Of a stretch of 64,000 bases of DNA, positions 1-11,102 are shown in pieces (position 1 is the stretch's first letter; each line of letters starts with the position of its first letter). The translations under genes were made by a program, and so were the position numbers. The stretch comes from an uncultured Methanobacteriaceae archaeon (GTDB taxonomy: Archaea; Methanobacteriota; Methanobacteria; Methanobacteriales; Methanobacteriaceae), in NCBI GenBank assembly GCA_963763925.1, contig CAVXQG010000003.1, positions 114,455-178,454 on the forward strand, read 5' to 3'. Below the pieces are notes generated by a model that saw only the letters and a list, made by a program, of their open reading frames with translations, did no database searches and was not told where the DNA came from.

Positions 1-1231
1 CTCCACTGATCATATTCTTAACAGTCACGTTACCTTGTTCAAGGTCTCTTGCACCTACAAGAACAACGTAGTTTATTTTAAGGTTGTCTGCATAGGATAA
101 TACCTTTTTAAGTTTCTTACCAACTAGATCAACATCGGTTGAAATACCATTTTTTCGTAGTTTTTGGGCTATTTCAAAGGCCTTAAGCTTTAAATCATTT
201 TTTATTGGTGCTACGAATACTTCCACCGATGGTTTTGTTTCGATGAATTTCTCTTGTTTTTTAAGGGCATCCATAACCCTATCAAATCCGAATGCGAATC
301 CAGTGGATTCTACATTTTCTCCACCAAACACCTCTATTAAATTATAGGTGCCTCCACCACTTATCTGTTTTTGTGCACCTAGTCCATGTACATAAATTTC
401 AAATACAGTTCCACTGTAATAATCCAATCCGCGAGCAATACCAAGATTTACCACGTAATCTGAAAAGCCAAAAGCTTCTAGAGATTTTAAAAGTTCCTCA
501 AGCTCAAATAATGCATTACAAGCATGTTCACTACAATTGATCAGTGCTTCCACATCTTTTATAATTGAACTATTTCCTTTCATTCCAATAAGCTTCAATA
601 ATAACTCCTTTGAACTATCATCTACTTCAATATCTTCGAGTAAACTTTCAAGCTCGTCCACATCGCCTTTATCAATTATTCCCATAACTTGATCCTGCAT
701 ATCACCCTCGATATTTGCATCATTTAATATGTTTCTGAGAATTCCCAAATTTCCAATGTGTATCTCGAAGTCTTCAAGTCCCAGTTCTTCTAGGCAGTGT
801 GCTGCCATGCTTATTACTTCTGCTTCGGATCCAGGTGATTTTCCACCAATCAATTCACATCCAAACTGCCAGAACTGTCTAAATCTACCAGCCTGTGGTC
901 GTTCATATCTGAAACAACTCCCAAAATAGTACATTTTGACGGGTTTAGGAGTTTTTTGAAGTTCTTTAATATACATCCTTGCAACGGGTGCTGTGAGTTC
1001 TGGTCTTAGCGCTAAATCTCTTCCACCCTTATCTTGGAAATGATAAATTTGATCCTTTATACCTTCACCCGATTTGGTCGTGAAAAGTGAAAGTTCCTCA
1101 AAAATTGGTGTTTTAATCTCACCATAACCATATGATTCAAATATTTGTCTCATGGTACTTTCAACACATTTCCTTTCCTTCATTTCATTAAAAAGAAAAT
1201 CACGTGTTCCTCTAGGTCGTTGTATCTCCAT
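1..1231 (-). CDS. hisS: Histidine--tRNA ligase (3' end runs off window start)
   Basis: Manual translation of the minus strand from ATG at 1231 gives [12 protein letters not shown]...[10 protein letters not shown]...LRPELTAPV...[20 protein letters not shown]...RGLDYYSG, which are class II HisRS motifs. Not in the ORF track because it is truncated. Confidence 0.95.
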   Translation of the reverse strand, partial: MEIQRPRGTRDFLFNEMKERKCVESTMRQIFESYGYGEIKTPIFEELSLFTTKSGEGIKDQIYHFQDKGGRDLALRPELTAPVARMYIKELQKTPKPVKMYYFGSCFRYERPQAGRFRQFWQFGCELIGGKSPGSEAEVISMAAHCLEELGLEDFEIHIGNLGILRNILNDANIEGDMQDQVMGIIDKGDVDELESLLEDIEVDDSSKELLLKLIGMKGNSSIIKDVEALINCSEHACNALFELEELLKSLEAFGFSDYVVNLGIARGLDYYSGTVFEIYVHGLGAQKQISGGGTYNLIEVFGGENVESTGFAFGFDRVMDALKKQEKFIETKPSVEVFVAPIKNDLKLKAFEIAQKLRKNGISTDVDLVGKKLKKVLSYADNLKINYVVLVGARDLEQGNVTVKNMISG

Positions 1232-1406
1232 TTTCTCTCCTGCCTTTATAATCTGGATAAAAATTTTTTTTATTTAAAATAGCTAATTTATATCAAGTTA
1301 CCCTCTATTAGATTGGTATCTTATTAAAAATATTTCATAAACCTTATAGAAATTTAAATATTGAACTATAGTAAAATTATAGAAATTTTTGATTTTGTAA
1401 AAATTT

Positions 1407-2069
1407 TTAATCGTAGTGTTGAAGATATTCTTCCATCATTTTTGGAAATGATTTTGCACTTAAAAATCTGAGTCCAAGTCTTTCAGCCCATACTTTGATA
1501 CCTTCATCGGCTGCAACCACTCCTGCTCCAAGTTCCTTTGCAAGAAGAAGTACATCCAGATCTGGAGCACTGTCAAGTGTGCCTTTCCTTAATGCTGCCC
1601 TATAACGTTTTCTAAAGTCAGTTATTGCTTTACCCAGCACTTTGGTTTCAATATCTGTTTTATTCTCACCGTGTGACATCAAGACCAATGATTCTACTGC
1701 AGCTTCCCATATTGAACTTTCAGATATTCTCATACCTTTGTTCATTCTTTCCCTCATATCCTGAACATATTCGTAGAATATTTCCGAAGGGATTTTGGTA
1801 TCATAACGATTTGGGGTTTTTTTAACAATCCATGTTTCAGCTTTAACCATGGTTTTATCAGGGCATTCATAACGTGACATATAGTCTGAAAATTCTTTAT
1901 AAGTGATTGGTGGCATATGACAGCTTATGTTGAGTTTTATCCTTGACTTAGCAATTAAATCCATCAACATATCAACAGTCTTTAGAAGGTTACCTTCCCC
2001 ATAATCATCACGAAGTTGTGTATCTGTAAAAGCAGTCGTATCAAGAACAAACCTCTGTTTTGCAAGCAT
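1407..2069 (-). CDS. RNA-free RNase P (HARP / Aq_880-like, PIN-like fold, UPF0278)
   Basis: N-terminal FVLDTT and C-terminal LDSAPDLDVLLLAKELGAGVVAADEGI match the HARP family signature. Confidence 0.85.
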   Translation of the reverse strand: MLAKQRFVLDTTAFTDTQLRDDYGEGNLLKTVDMLMDLIAKSRIKLNISCHMPPITYKEFSDYMSRYECPDKTMVKAETWIVKKTPNRYDTKIPSEIFYEYVQDMRERMNKGMRISESSIWEAAVESLVLMSHGENKTDIETKVLGKAITDFRKRYRAALRKGTLDSAPDLDVLLLAKELGAGVVAADEGIKVWAERLGLRFLSAKSFPKMMEEYLQHYD

Positions 2070-2364
2070 TTTACACCTCTAACCAATCTTCATTATAAAT
2101 TTATATCTTCATAATATCCTGTTTCATTGAAATATATATTGACTAATGTATAAAAGAATTTCTAAATCAATGGTTTTTAGTAAACCAATATAGAATCAGC
2201 TCTGGATAAAGTAGTTAATATTCTTACAAAACTGAATATTTAAAAATATTACTCTATATTAATTAGAAAAATATTTGAAATATAAAAAAATTATTCATCC
2301 AAATTTATATTCGATAATATTATAAAATTTGTAATCCAATTTAAAAAAAATAAAAAAAGTATGT

Positions 2365-2397
2365 TGCTGATAATTTTAAGGATAAAATATCAGCAAA
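2365..2397 (-). terminator. Hairpin plus T-tract downstream of the Met-rich ORF
   Basis: Inverted repeat TTGCTGATA...TATCAGCAA immediately 3' of the 2406 stop, with long A/T runs nearby. Confidence 0.4.
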
Positions 2398-2405
2398 AAA
2401 AATTT

Positions 2406-2591
2406 TTACATTTTTTTCTTGAGCATTTCCCGCATTTTTTTCAGGTAATCTAATTTAACTTCGGTCATTGCTATTTTTTTATCAATTTTCATAGCATACA
2501 ACATCATCATATCTTCTTTACTCATTCCTTCCATCATTTTTTCGCTCATCATATCCATTCCACCCATCATATGTTCTTTTCTTCCCCACAT
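2406..2591 (-). CDS. Small Met/Lys-rich protein (61 aa)
   Basis: GAGAGGT RBS-like sequence upstream, hairpin downstream, 17 of 61 residues are Met. Confidence 0.65.
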   Translation of the reverse strand: MWGRKEHMMGGMDMMSEKMMEGMSKEDMMMLYAMKIDKKIAMTEVKLDYLKKMREMLKKKM

Positions 2592-2796
2592 GTTTTCAAC
2601 CTCTCATATAATTTTTTTTCAATGCAATTTAATATAAAAAAATCAAATCTTTTTAGATTTAGTTTTTTTTAAATTGCTACTTCATCTTATTTCACCCATT
2701 TACACTATTATGCATCATAACAAATAAATTTTATGATAGAAAATATCATGGGAATTCACCAACCATTAATTACAATTAAAAATAAACTATAATCCT

Positions 2797-3435
2797 ATGA
2801 CAAGGAAAACTATTCTTTGCTATGGTGACTCAATTACATGGGGTTACAATCCGGCCAACTTGGATAGAATGACATTTGATGAAAGATGGCCTGGAGTATT
2901 AGATAAGGGATTAAGTAAAAATTACAAGGTTATTGAAGAAGGATTAAATGGTAGAACCACAATTAGAGATGATCCATTAAACAATAGTTATAAAAATGGT
3001 TTGAAATACTTAATTCCCTGTCTTGAAAGTCATAAACCCATTGATTTATGCATTTTATTCTTGGGTACTAATGATCTAAAAAAAAGATTTGGATTATCTG
3101 CAAAAGAAATTGCATGGGGAATAAGGATACTGGTTGATACTATTAATAAAAGTAAAGCTGGTCCTAATGGATTAGCACCTAAAATTCTTTTAATGGTGCC
3201 ACCATATATAAAAAAACAGAATAATTTCTCAGATGAATTCGAAGATTCGTATCATAAATCCCATAATTTACCAGATTATTATGAAAAAATAGCCGTGGAC
3301 TATAATTGTGAAATTCTTGACACTTCCAAGATAATAGTTGCCAGTGAATTGGATGGTGTACATCCAGATGTGGATGAACACCTCAAACTTGGAAATAAAG
3401 TACTTGAAATGATTAAAATTATCATGGATAATTAA
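2797..3435 (+). CDS. SGNH/GDSL-family hydrolase (arylesterase-like)
   Basis: GDSITWG block I, EEGLNGRTT, LGTND and DGVHP catalytic motifs. Confidence 0.9.
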   Translation: MTRKTILCYGDSITWGYNPANLDRMTFDERWPGVLDKGLSKNYKVIEEGLNGRTTIRDDPLNNSYKNGLKYLIPCLESHKPIDLCILFLGTNDLKKRFGLSAKEIAWGIRILVDTINKSKAGPNGLAPKILLMVPPYIKKQNNFSDEFEDSYHKSHNLPDYYEKIAVDYNCEILDTSKIIVASELDGVHPDVDEHLKLGNKVLEMIKIIMDN

Positions 3436-3527
3436 AAAAGGGTATATTATTAAATATAAATTCCAAATGCGGAATCGTATAATACTTCAGTGAAATTAAA
3501 TAAACCAACTTTAGGAAGTAATTTTAA

Positions 3528-4388
3528 ATGATAACAGGTAAAACAAGTGTTTTTGGTATAATTGGCGACCCTGTGGAGCATTCTTTATCGCCTGGAATGC
3601 ATAATGCAGCATTTAAAAGTGTGGGTTTGGATCATATCTACGTACCTTTTAATGTGAAACCAGAGGAACTAGAAGATGCCATAAATGGGGCCCGTGCAAT
3701 GGGGATTAGGGGATTAAATGTTACAATACCTCATAAAACTGAGGTGATCAAATATTTAGATTATCTCGACATTGCTGCAGGTTTAATAAGCGCAGTAAAC
3801 ACAATTGAATTCGGTGAAAATGGAGCAATAGGCCACAACACCGATGGTATAGGGGCAGTAAGGGCAATTGAGGAAGTTATATCTGTAAAGAAAAAAAAGA
3901 TTATGGTATTAGGTGCAGGGGGAGCTGCAAGGGCAATTTCATTCCAATTACTCCTTAATGAGGCTGAAAATCTTGTAATTTCGAACAGGACCCTAGAAAA
4001 AGCACAAGAACTCAAAGATGATTTAATTGAAAAACTTGATCATGAAGTCATAGCAACAGATCTTGGCACTGATCTGGCAAGAGAACTTGAAGATACAGAT
4101 ATTCTGATAAATACCACCCCAATTGGAATGTACCCTAATATAAACCATAAACCCCTAATAACATCAGATATGATGCATAAAGAGTTAATCGTCAATGATA
4201 TAGTTTATAATCCACTTAAAACTGGTTTGATAAAAGAAGCTGAAAAGGCAGGGGCTAAAACTATATCGGGAATTAAAATGTTGATGTATCAAGGCATTGA
4301 ATCGTTTAGGATATGGACTGGAATTGAACCACCCGTTGAAATCTTTCAGAGTGCACTTTTAAAAGAAATGAATCTTGAAAAATTCTGA
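3528..4388 (+). CDS. aroE: Shikimate dehydrogenase
   Basis: HSLSP, NVTIPHK, AVNT, NTDG, GAGGAARA motifs. Confidence 0.95.
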   Translation: MITGKTSVFGIIGDPVEHSLSPGMHNAAFKSVGLDHIYVPFNVKPEELEDAINGARAMGIRGLNVTIPHKTEVIKYLDYLDIAAGLISAVNTIEFGENGAIGHNTDGIGAVRAIEEVISVKKKKIMVLGAGGAARAISFQLLLNEAENLVISNRTLEKAQELKDDLIEKLDHEVIATDLGTDLARELEDTDILINTTPIGMYPNINHKPLITSDMMHKELIVNDIVYNPLKTGLIKEAEKAGAKTISGIKMLMYQGIESFRIWTGIEPPVEIFQSALLKEMNLEKF

Positions 4389-4443
4389 ATTTAAAATATA
4401 AAAATATTTCATACAACTAGAAAATGAATTTAGGAGGGTTTCT

Positions 4444-5293
4444 ATGGACAATATTCCTGTAACTGACAACCATATACATGTGGATCCTTTAAATGGTGAG
4501 GGGCCGATTGATGTCGCTAATAAATTCCACAGAGCTGGTGGTAGTTGTATGATAATCCCTAACAAACCCACCTGGACAGTAAACGAGAACTGTACCTTTA
4601 AGGACGCAATGGAACAGGTAATAGAACATGTTGGATTTATAAATAAGGAAACAGATGTTAAAGCCTTTGCTGTTGTAGGTGCTCACCCTGCAGAACTCTC
4701 CCGTAGAGTCAAAGCAGGTATGGATGTTGGTACAGCCGAGGTATTGATGCAGAATGCACTTAAAATCGCACAAAAACTTGTTTTAGATGGAAAAGCTGTG
4801 GCCATAGGCGAAGTTGGAAGACCCCATTACGAAGTATCTCCCCAAGAACTTGAGGCTCACAACAGACTCATTATCTATGCAATGGACACTTGCAAAGGAT
4901 GCAGGATGTCCAGTTCAACTTCATACTGAAACAGCACGCTCTGAGCAATTTTTAGAATTTGCTAAAATGGCCGATGAGGTTAAACTTCCAAGAAACAAGG
5001 TTATAAAACATTTTTCAGGTGCATATGTTCTTGAAATTGAAAATCATGGACTTACACCATCTTTAATATCAACTAAAGATGTGATAAAGGAAGGGCTTAA
5101 AAAAGGGAACAATTTTTTGATGGAAACTGATTATCTTGATGATAAAACCCGTCCTGGGGCAGTTTTAGGTCCGAAAACAGTTCCAAGACGTACACTTGAA
5201 CTTATAAGGCAGGGTCTGTTAGATGAATCAGATGCCTATAAAATTCATGTCACCAATGTTGAAAATGTTTACAGCATTGATCTAGAAGAATAA
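4444..5293 (+). CDS. TatD-related metal-dependent hydrolase, interrupted by a +1 frameshift near 4888
   Basis: DNHIH...GAHP...AIGEVGRPH in ORF 4444..4929 continues as LAKDAGCPVQLHTE...KHF...METDYLDD in ORF 4814..5293. Removing one base from ATG GAC A CTT GCA joins them. Confidence 0.8.
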
Positions 5294-5315
5294 ATCAAGT
5301 ATCTAAAAAAATATT

Positions 5316-5894
5316 TTAATGTCCACCACTTATTAAGAAGCTTACAACTCCGATAAGAATTCCTATTAAAACGATTTCAATACTAGTTTTAACAAGACTT
5401 TTTCTTGATACCTTCCCTAAATAAACACCTAAAATTACCAGAGCAAAGAAGCAGAGAGTTATTGTGGTAATTGTTGCGGTTGTTCTGTCTGAAATTAAAA
5501 TAAAAGGTAAAACCGGTACAAAAGAACCAATAAAACTTGAGAAACCATGAACAAACATACTCATGTAAACTCTTTTTTTAGCTTGTCTGTGTATCAGGGT
5601 ATCATCAAGGGTTCCTTCTTGAATTACCATTTTTTGTTCAAGTTCCCTTAGATTACGTGCTTCTTCAGCCCTCTCACCAATAAAAGATCCAAAAGCGTTT
5701 GATAATGAAAGTGCAATACCTCCACTTAGACCTGTAAGACCAATTACATAGTTTGGAATGTCTAACCCGCCTGCACTGGCAACTCCACTTGCTGCTAGAG
5801 TAACTCCCATAACTGCAAGTATTCCATCAAGTGTTCCTAGAGCAATATAACGGCTCATTTTAAGATATTCTTGTAAAAATTCAGATAGTTTCAT
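5316..5894 (-). CDS. VIT1/CCC1-family membrane protein (TIGR00267-like)
   Basis: LGTLDGIL, SNAFGSFIGERAEE, SFIGSFVPVLPF, several TM segments. Likely ATG at 5894. Confidence 0.8.
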   Translation of the reverse strand: MKLSEFLQEYLKMSRYIALGTLDGILAVMGVTLAASGVASAGGLDIPNYVIGLTGLSGGIALSLSNAFGSFIGERAEEARNLRELEQKMVIQEGTLDDTLIHRQAKKRVYMSMFVHGFSSFIGSFVPVLPFILISDRTTATITTITLCFFALVILGVYLGKVSRKSLVKTSIEIVLIGILIGVVSFLISGGH

Positions 5895-6039
5895 TATAAA
5901 AAATTCTCCCAAAAATTATAGTTAATTCACTGGTATGACAATCGGTATTTATAATTCTTAAATTTTCATGTTTAACTTTATCAAAAAAAATATATTTTTT
6001 TTGTATATATATGAATTCTTAAAAACAGGATAAAATCAA

Positions 6040-7257
6040 TTATCCTCTTCCTAGATCCTTGTGTGCTCTTGCTAAATGACCTGCAGCCAGTGCACCCATC
6101 AATGAAAGTTCTCCTGCTAAAACAGTTCCTGAAACGATCTCTGCAAACTTCCCAACTTTGCCAGCCCCATACACTCCCATAATATCTAGGCATTCTTTAG
6201 CAGTTTCGAGCCTTGTACCTCCTCCAAAGGTGGCTATTGGTACATCTGGAAGTGTTACTGAGAAGTAGAGATCACCATTAACTACTTCGGCTACTGTGAT
6301 TCCTAAACTTCCTTCTACTATATGGGCTTCATCCTGACCTGTTGCCAGGAATATAGCACCTATCATATTTGCATAATGTGCATTAAAACCCATACTTCCT
6401 GCAATTGCTGATCCTATTAAATTTTTCGTGATATTAACTTCTACAATAGCTTCTGGTGTTGTTTTTAGTTTTTTTTCAACAACTTCCCTTGGAATTGTAA
6501 TTTCAGCTATTATTGTTTTGCCACGGCCTTCAATAAGGTTCAATGCAGATGGTTTTTTGTCTACACATAAATTTCCACTTAGAGTAATTACATGGGCTGT
6601 TGTATCTTTAATTAATACTTCGAGGGCAGTTTCTGTTGCTATGGTGACCATGTTCATGCCCATACTATCTCCTGTAGTATAAACAAACCTTGGATAAACA
6701 TATTTTCCAACCACAACAATTGGATCTATTTTAACAAGTTTACCATGTCTTGTAGTTTTTTCTGCGGCCTCTTTAAGATCTTTGAAATGTTCTATTATCC
6801 AATTCTTTATTTTCAAAGCTTCTACAACAGATTCTGTTTTAATAACAGGTGCTCTTGTCATTTTGTCGTCAATTATTCTTGCTGTTGTACCGCCTGATGC
6901 TTTTATAACAGAAAAGCCCCTGTTTACAGATGCAAGAAGGGCGCCTTCTGATGTTGCTAATGGAATATAATAATCCCCATCAGCATGTTCTCCATGAACT
7001 TCAAGGGGTCCTGTTATTCCAACAGGTATTTGAACAGCTCCAATAGGATTTTCTATATTTCTTTTTATTGCTTCTTCCATTGATAGCGAGTACTTTGATA
7101 GATGGTCTAAATGTGTGTTTGATACGGTTTCAGTAAATTTCCTACGTATATCCACAGATTCTTCAATAGTTTCTGTATATTTTTCTATTTCATGAAGTTT
7201 CATTTCTCCATTCAATAGTTTTTTTATGATTTCTTTTTCTTCTACCATTTTACTCAC
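6040..7257 (-). CDS. hmgA: HMG-CoA reductase (class I, NADPH)
   Basis: NIENPIG, PLATSEGAL, TGDSMGMNM, GELSL...HL motifs. Confidence 0.95.
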   Translation of the reverse strand: MSKMVEEKEIIKKLLNGEMKLHEIEKYTETIEESVDIRRKFTETVSNTHLDHLSKYSLSMEEAIKRNIENPIGAVQIPVGITGPLEVHGEHADGDYYIPLATSEGALLASVNRGFSVIKASGGTTARIIDDKMTRAPVIKTESVVEALKIKNWIIEHFKDLKEAAEKTTRHGKLVKIDPIVVVGKYVYPRFVYTTGDSMGMNMVTIATETALEVLIKDTTAHVITLSGNLCVDKKPSALNLIEGRGKTIIAEITIPREVVEKKLKTTPEAIVEVNITKNLIGSAIAGSMGFNAHYANMIGAIFLATGQDEAHIVEGSLGITVAEVVNGDLYFSVTLPDVPIATFGGGTRLETAKECLDIMGVYGAGKVGKFAEIVSGTVLAGELSLMGALAAGHLARAHKDLGRG

Positions 7258-7384
7258 TTAAAAATATTATAATTTAAATTTTAATAAAACTCAGAGTAAT
7301 GAGATATTCATACATGAATCATTAAAAATAGTTACCTCTAAATATTATTTACATATTTTGATGTAAATGGATTTATTATCTCTA

Positions 7385-8245
7385 TTATATAAGCTCCCAA
7401 ATCCTATCTGCAATTTCTGAAGGTCTTTCAGCAACATAAACACCAGAATTTTCAAGTGCTTCAATTTTACTTGCAGCTGTACCGCTATTTCCCTCAATTA
7501 TCGCACCTGCATGTCCCATTCTTTTACCTGGAGGGGCTGTTACACCTGCAATGTATGCTACAACCGGTTTGGTGATATTTTTTTTTATAAATTTTGCTGC
7601 TATTTCTTCAGCATTTCCACCGATCTCACCGATCATTACCATAGCTTCTGTGTCGTCATCGTCTTCAAATCTTTGGAGAACATCGGCAAAGTCAAGTCCC
7701 ACAACAGGATCGCCACCTATTCCAACACATGTACTTTGGCCCATTCCAGAATCAGTTACCTGATTTGCAACTTCGTAGGTTAAAGTCCCACTTCTTGAAA
7801 CAATTCCAACATTTCCTTCGTTGAATATGTGTGTTGGCATTATTCCTAGTTTTCCAACTCCGGGACTTATTATTCCAGGAGTATTAGGACCTATAATTGT
7901 TGTTTTCTTCCTTTTTGCGTATTCTACTATTTCCATTGTATCGTGTACTGGTATGTGTTCGGTGATTATTACTGCAAGATCTAGTTGAGATATGGCTTCA
8001 AATGCGGCATCCTTAGCAAAGGGTGCAGGCACAAATATTATTGATGCGTTGATATCATGCTCTTTTTTAGCTTCTTCAATGGAATTATAGATAGGAAGTT
8101 CACCAATTTTTTGACCGCCCTTACCCGGACTTGTTCCAGCAACTATCTTGGTGTGGTATTTCAACATTTGTTCAGTGTGAAACGATCCCTGTTTTCCTGT
8201 AATTCCCTGCACAACACATCTGGTGTTTTCATCAAGAATTATCAT
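7385..8245 (-). CDS. sucD: Succinyl-CoA synthetase alpha subunit
   Basis: [31 protein letters not shown] (phospho-His). Confidence 0.95.
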   Translation of the reverse strand: MIILDENTRCVVQGITGKQGSFHTEQMLKYHTKIVAGTSPGKGGQKIGELPIYNSIEEAKKEHDINASIIFVPAPFAKDAAFEAISQLDLAVIITEHIPVHDTMEIVEYAKRKKTTIIGPNTPGIISPGVGKLGIMPTHIFNEGNVGIVSRSGTLTYEVANQVTDSGMGQSTCVGIGGDPVVGLDFADVLQRFEDDDDTEAMVMIGEIGGNAEEIAAKFIKKNITKPVVAYIAGVTAPPGKRMGHAGAIIEGNSGTAASKIEALENSGVYVAERPSEIADRIWELI

Positions 8246-8319
8246 TATTTGTCACGCCCTAAAATTTTTATGATTGTTAAAATATTTTATAAATATATTT
8301 TTTTATTTTAAATTGATAT

Positions 8320-9042
8320 CTACTCTAAAATTCTCATTCTCTGAGATAGTGGAATTGCAAGATCCATAACATTACCGTTCATATAAGCAGAAACTGACAT
8401 TATAACACTTCCCGGAATTACATGAGATGGTGTGCCACGCTTAACAAGGTAAACATTTTTATTTCCAAGTGCAGCTCCTACCATGGCTCCTGCAACAACT
8501 CCCACACTTTCAATATCTTCAATGGTGGCAACTACTACAGGATCATCTGTTTCATCTGAAACATATCCTACACCGGGTATCTTGATGGTTCCATTTACAC
8601 CACCGCCTATATCAGTAACATTATCCATGCCTGTTGCTGCTTCAATCGAAGATTTAACAACATTCTTAATGAATGGTTCCCCACCATAGGTGTCAAAGGC
8701 TATTATAACAGCATCAGGATAGCGATCTTGATTTATTTTAGCTTCTGCGTATGATATTCCTTCACCTGCACCGTCTGATGTTTCGGAAATACCTGCAATA
8801 TCGCCTATATTCTCCGCATTTTCTCTTAAAATCTCTACAATAGATTTGTTAACTATTTCAAGCTTATTATCAGGGACAAATGCACTTATAACCATGTCAT
8901 CTCCGGTGATATTTGTTAATGCTGCTTTATTTGCACCAATATCCAAGAGTCTAGGTATAGCTTTTTCAACATTGCTTATCATTCTTTGGCTGCATGAAAC
9001 GTCGTTATTCGAAACGTCTGCACCAATAGATGTTAATTTCAA
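8320..9042 (-). CDS. Hypothetical protein (240 aa)
   Basis: Long ORF with GGTGAT RBS and TTG start, co-oriented with sucD-hmgA. No motif recognised. Confidence 0.7.
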   Translation of the reverse strand: MKLTSIGADVSNNDVSCSQRMISNVEKAIPRLLDIGANKAALTNITGDDMVISAFVPDNKLEIVNKSIVEILRENAENIGDIAGISETSDGAGEGISYAEAKINQDRYPDAVIIAFDTYGGEPFIKNVVKSSIEAATGMDNVTDIGGGVNGTIKIPGVGYVSDETDDPVVVATIEDIESVGVVAGAMVGAALGNKNVYLVKRGTPSHVIPGSVIMSVSAYMNGNVMDLAIPLSQRMRILE

Positions 9043-9392
9043 TTGATCACCCTTCCATTCAAGTTTGTTTTTATGAAATTGAGATATATGAGCTTAACAA
9101 ACATCACATATCATACAACCATTATTATTAAATGAAATCATCTATGATTCTATTAAATAATTATCAATCGTTATTATATTTCTTATAATTCATCCTAATC
9201 GGTATAGGGCTATATTGGGGGAACTTGTTTTTATAGATTTTTGTAACCCAATATTCTATCATTCGAATGGAATTTTATCAAGTTGCATATTATTAATTAT
9301 AATCAACTCCAAAATATATTATGCTTAAATTTAAGACTGTTAATCTTCTATTGAAATTGGTGAAATATGATAATATGGAGTTGTGATGTGAA

Positions 9393-10058
9393 TTGTACAA
9401 AAAAACAATGATATGTGTTCCAATTGTAGAAAAGAAATATGATACTGTACTTGAAGCTGCTAAAAATTCAATAAAAGCTGGTGCTGACATAATTGAACTT
9501 CGCATTGATGCAATGGATCATCCCAATCCTGATGAGGTTTCCAATATAATTAAGGACATTAACTATCCTTTAATTGCAACCAACAGAATGGTTGATGAAG
9601 GAGGATTGTTTAAAGGTTCTGAGTCTCAAAGAACAGATATTCTACTGGCAGCTGCCAAACATGCGGATATAATTGATATAGAACTTCAAACCGAAGAAGA
9701 TTACCGGAATAAGATAATTAAAGCATCAAAATCAACAATTATTTCCTATCATAATTTTGAAAAGACTCCCCCAACAGATTTCCTTTTAAAAATTGTTAAT
9801 CAAGAAAGAAAACTTGGGGATATTGCTAAATTTGCTGTTATGCCAAAAAACATGTCAGATACCCTAATTGTTTTAAATGTATTATCACAAGTCGAAGCAA
9901 CAATTGGTATTTCTATGGGTGATATGGGAAGATACACACGTGTTGTGGCACCACTATTCGGATCTCCCATCACATTTGCTTCGATTGACAATATATCTGC
10001 ACCAGGACAGCTGGACATAAATACTACTAAGAACTTTTTGGATAAAATTGTAAGATAA
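9393..10058 (+). CDS. aroD: Type I 3-dehydroquinate dehydratase
   Basis: IELRID, IISYHNFEKTP, IAKFAVMP, SAPGQ motifs. Confidence 0.93.
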   Translation: MYKKTMICVPIVEKKYDTVLEAAKNSIKAGADIIELRIDAMDHPNPDEVSNIIKDINYPLIATNRMVDEGGLFKGSESQRTDILLAAAKHADIIDIELQTEEDYRNKIIKASKSTIISYHNFEKTPPTDFLLKIVNQERKLGDIAKFAVMPKNMSDTLIVLNVLSQVEATIGISMGDMGRYTRVVAPLFGSPITFASIDNISAPGQLDINTTKNFLDKIVR

Positions 10059-10069
10059 ATGGTGAGGTA

Positions 10070-10717
10070 ATGAGATTATCTAAGTGGATACTTTTTGGAT
10101 TACTATTGATAACAATAATTGCAGCAACATCTGTTATATACACGGGTTATGGAACAAATAAAATTAACCTAGTTATTAACACGAACGGTACAAATACTTA
10201 CGTAACAAATGAAACGAAATTACATGGTTCCAAATCCAAAGAAATGATGCAAGAAATTAAAAAAGATGCAGTTATTGATATTGCATCACCGAACAGTACT
10301 GATGAGAGCGTCAAATCAGATGTGAAAAATATAGCATCAAAATACAACTACAATGCAAATGTTAAGGTTATATCTCAATATGGAACAGATGAGTTACCCC
10401 TATATGTAAAGGTAAATGGTACATCCATGGTTCCAACCCTAAAAAATGGACAGGGTATAATCGTACTTAAAACCAATAATTTAAATGTTGGAGATATTGT
10501 AGTTGCAGTACACCCAACCTATGGTTTGATAGTAAAAAGACTTTCAAAGACTGAAATAAACCAAGTTTATCTAACTAGTGATAATAAAAAAGTTGAATCA
10601 ATTACTCGTAAAACAACACTACCCAACGGTACAGTAAAAACAATTAAAGAACAGAAATCATCATTAAATACTTGGCTTCCAAGAAACAATGTTATTGGTG
10701 TTGTTATGCTTAACTAA
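10070..10717 (+). CDS. Membrane-anchored S24/S26 (signal peptidase-like) serine peptidase
   Basis: N-terminal TM, GTSMVPTL catalytic Ser, GDIVV, IVKR catalytic Lys, SDN. Confidence 0.75.
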   Translation: MRLSKWILFGLLLITIIAATSVIYTGYGTNKINLVINTNGTNTYVTNETKLHGSKSKEMMQEIKKDAVIDIASPNSTDESVKSDVKNIASKYNYNANVKVISQYGTDELPLYVKVNGTSMVPTLKNGQGIIVLKTNNLNVGDIVVAVHPTYGLIVKRLSKTEINQVYLTSDNKKVESITRKTTLPNGTVKTIKEQKSSLNTWLPRNNVIGVVMLN

Positions 10718-10798
10718 TTAATTTTCAAAGTTTATTACAAAGTTTTTTTATGATATAATTATTAATTTGAATAAATTTTATAATATCGGGATGATGAC

Positions 10799-10996
10799 AT
10801 GAACGGACAAAACAGGAAGAATATACAGATAGGATCAGAAGTTTATATTATACTCAAAAAAGATCAACGAAGTGGAAAAAGAACAAAAGGGACAGTTAAA
10901 GATTTTTTGACTAAAAAATCTTTTCATCCACATGGAATTAAAGTAAGATTAGAAGATGGTCAAGTAGGCAGGGTTCAAGAAGTAATTGGTGGATAG
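10799..10996 (+). CDS. YwbE-family (DUF2196) small protein
   Basis: KKDQRSGK...HPHGIKVRLEDGQVGRV signature. Confidence 0.85.
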   Translation: MNGQNRKNIQIGSEVYIILKKDQRSGKRTKGTVKDFLTKKSFHPHGIKVRLEDGQVGRVQEVIGG

Positions 10997-11102
10997 ATAA
11001 AAGAAATAACTTCATTTTGTAAGCTATCTGTCAAATAATCTGGTAAAATTGTATATTTAAAAAAATTTTTTATATCTAAAAAAAATTATTTAATGTCTGA
11101 AT

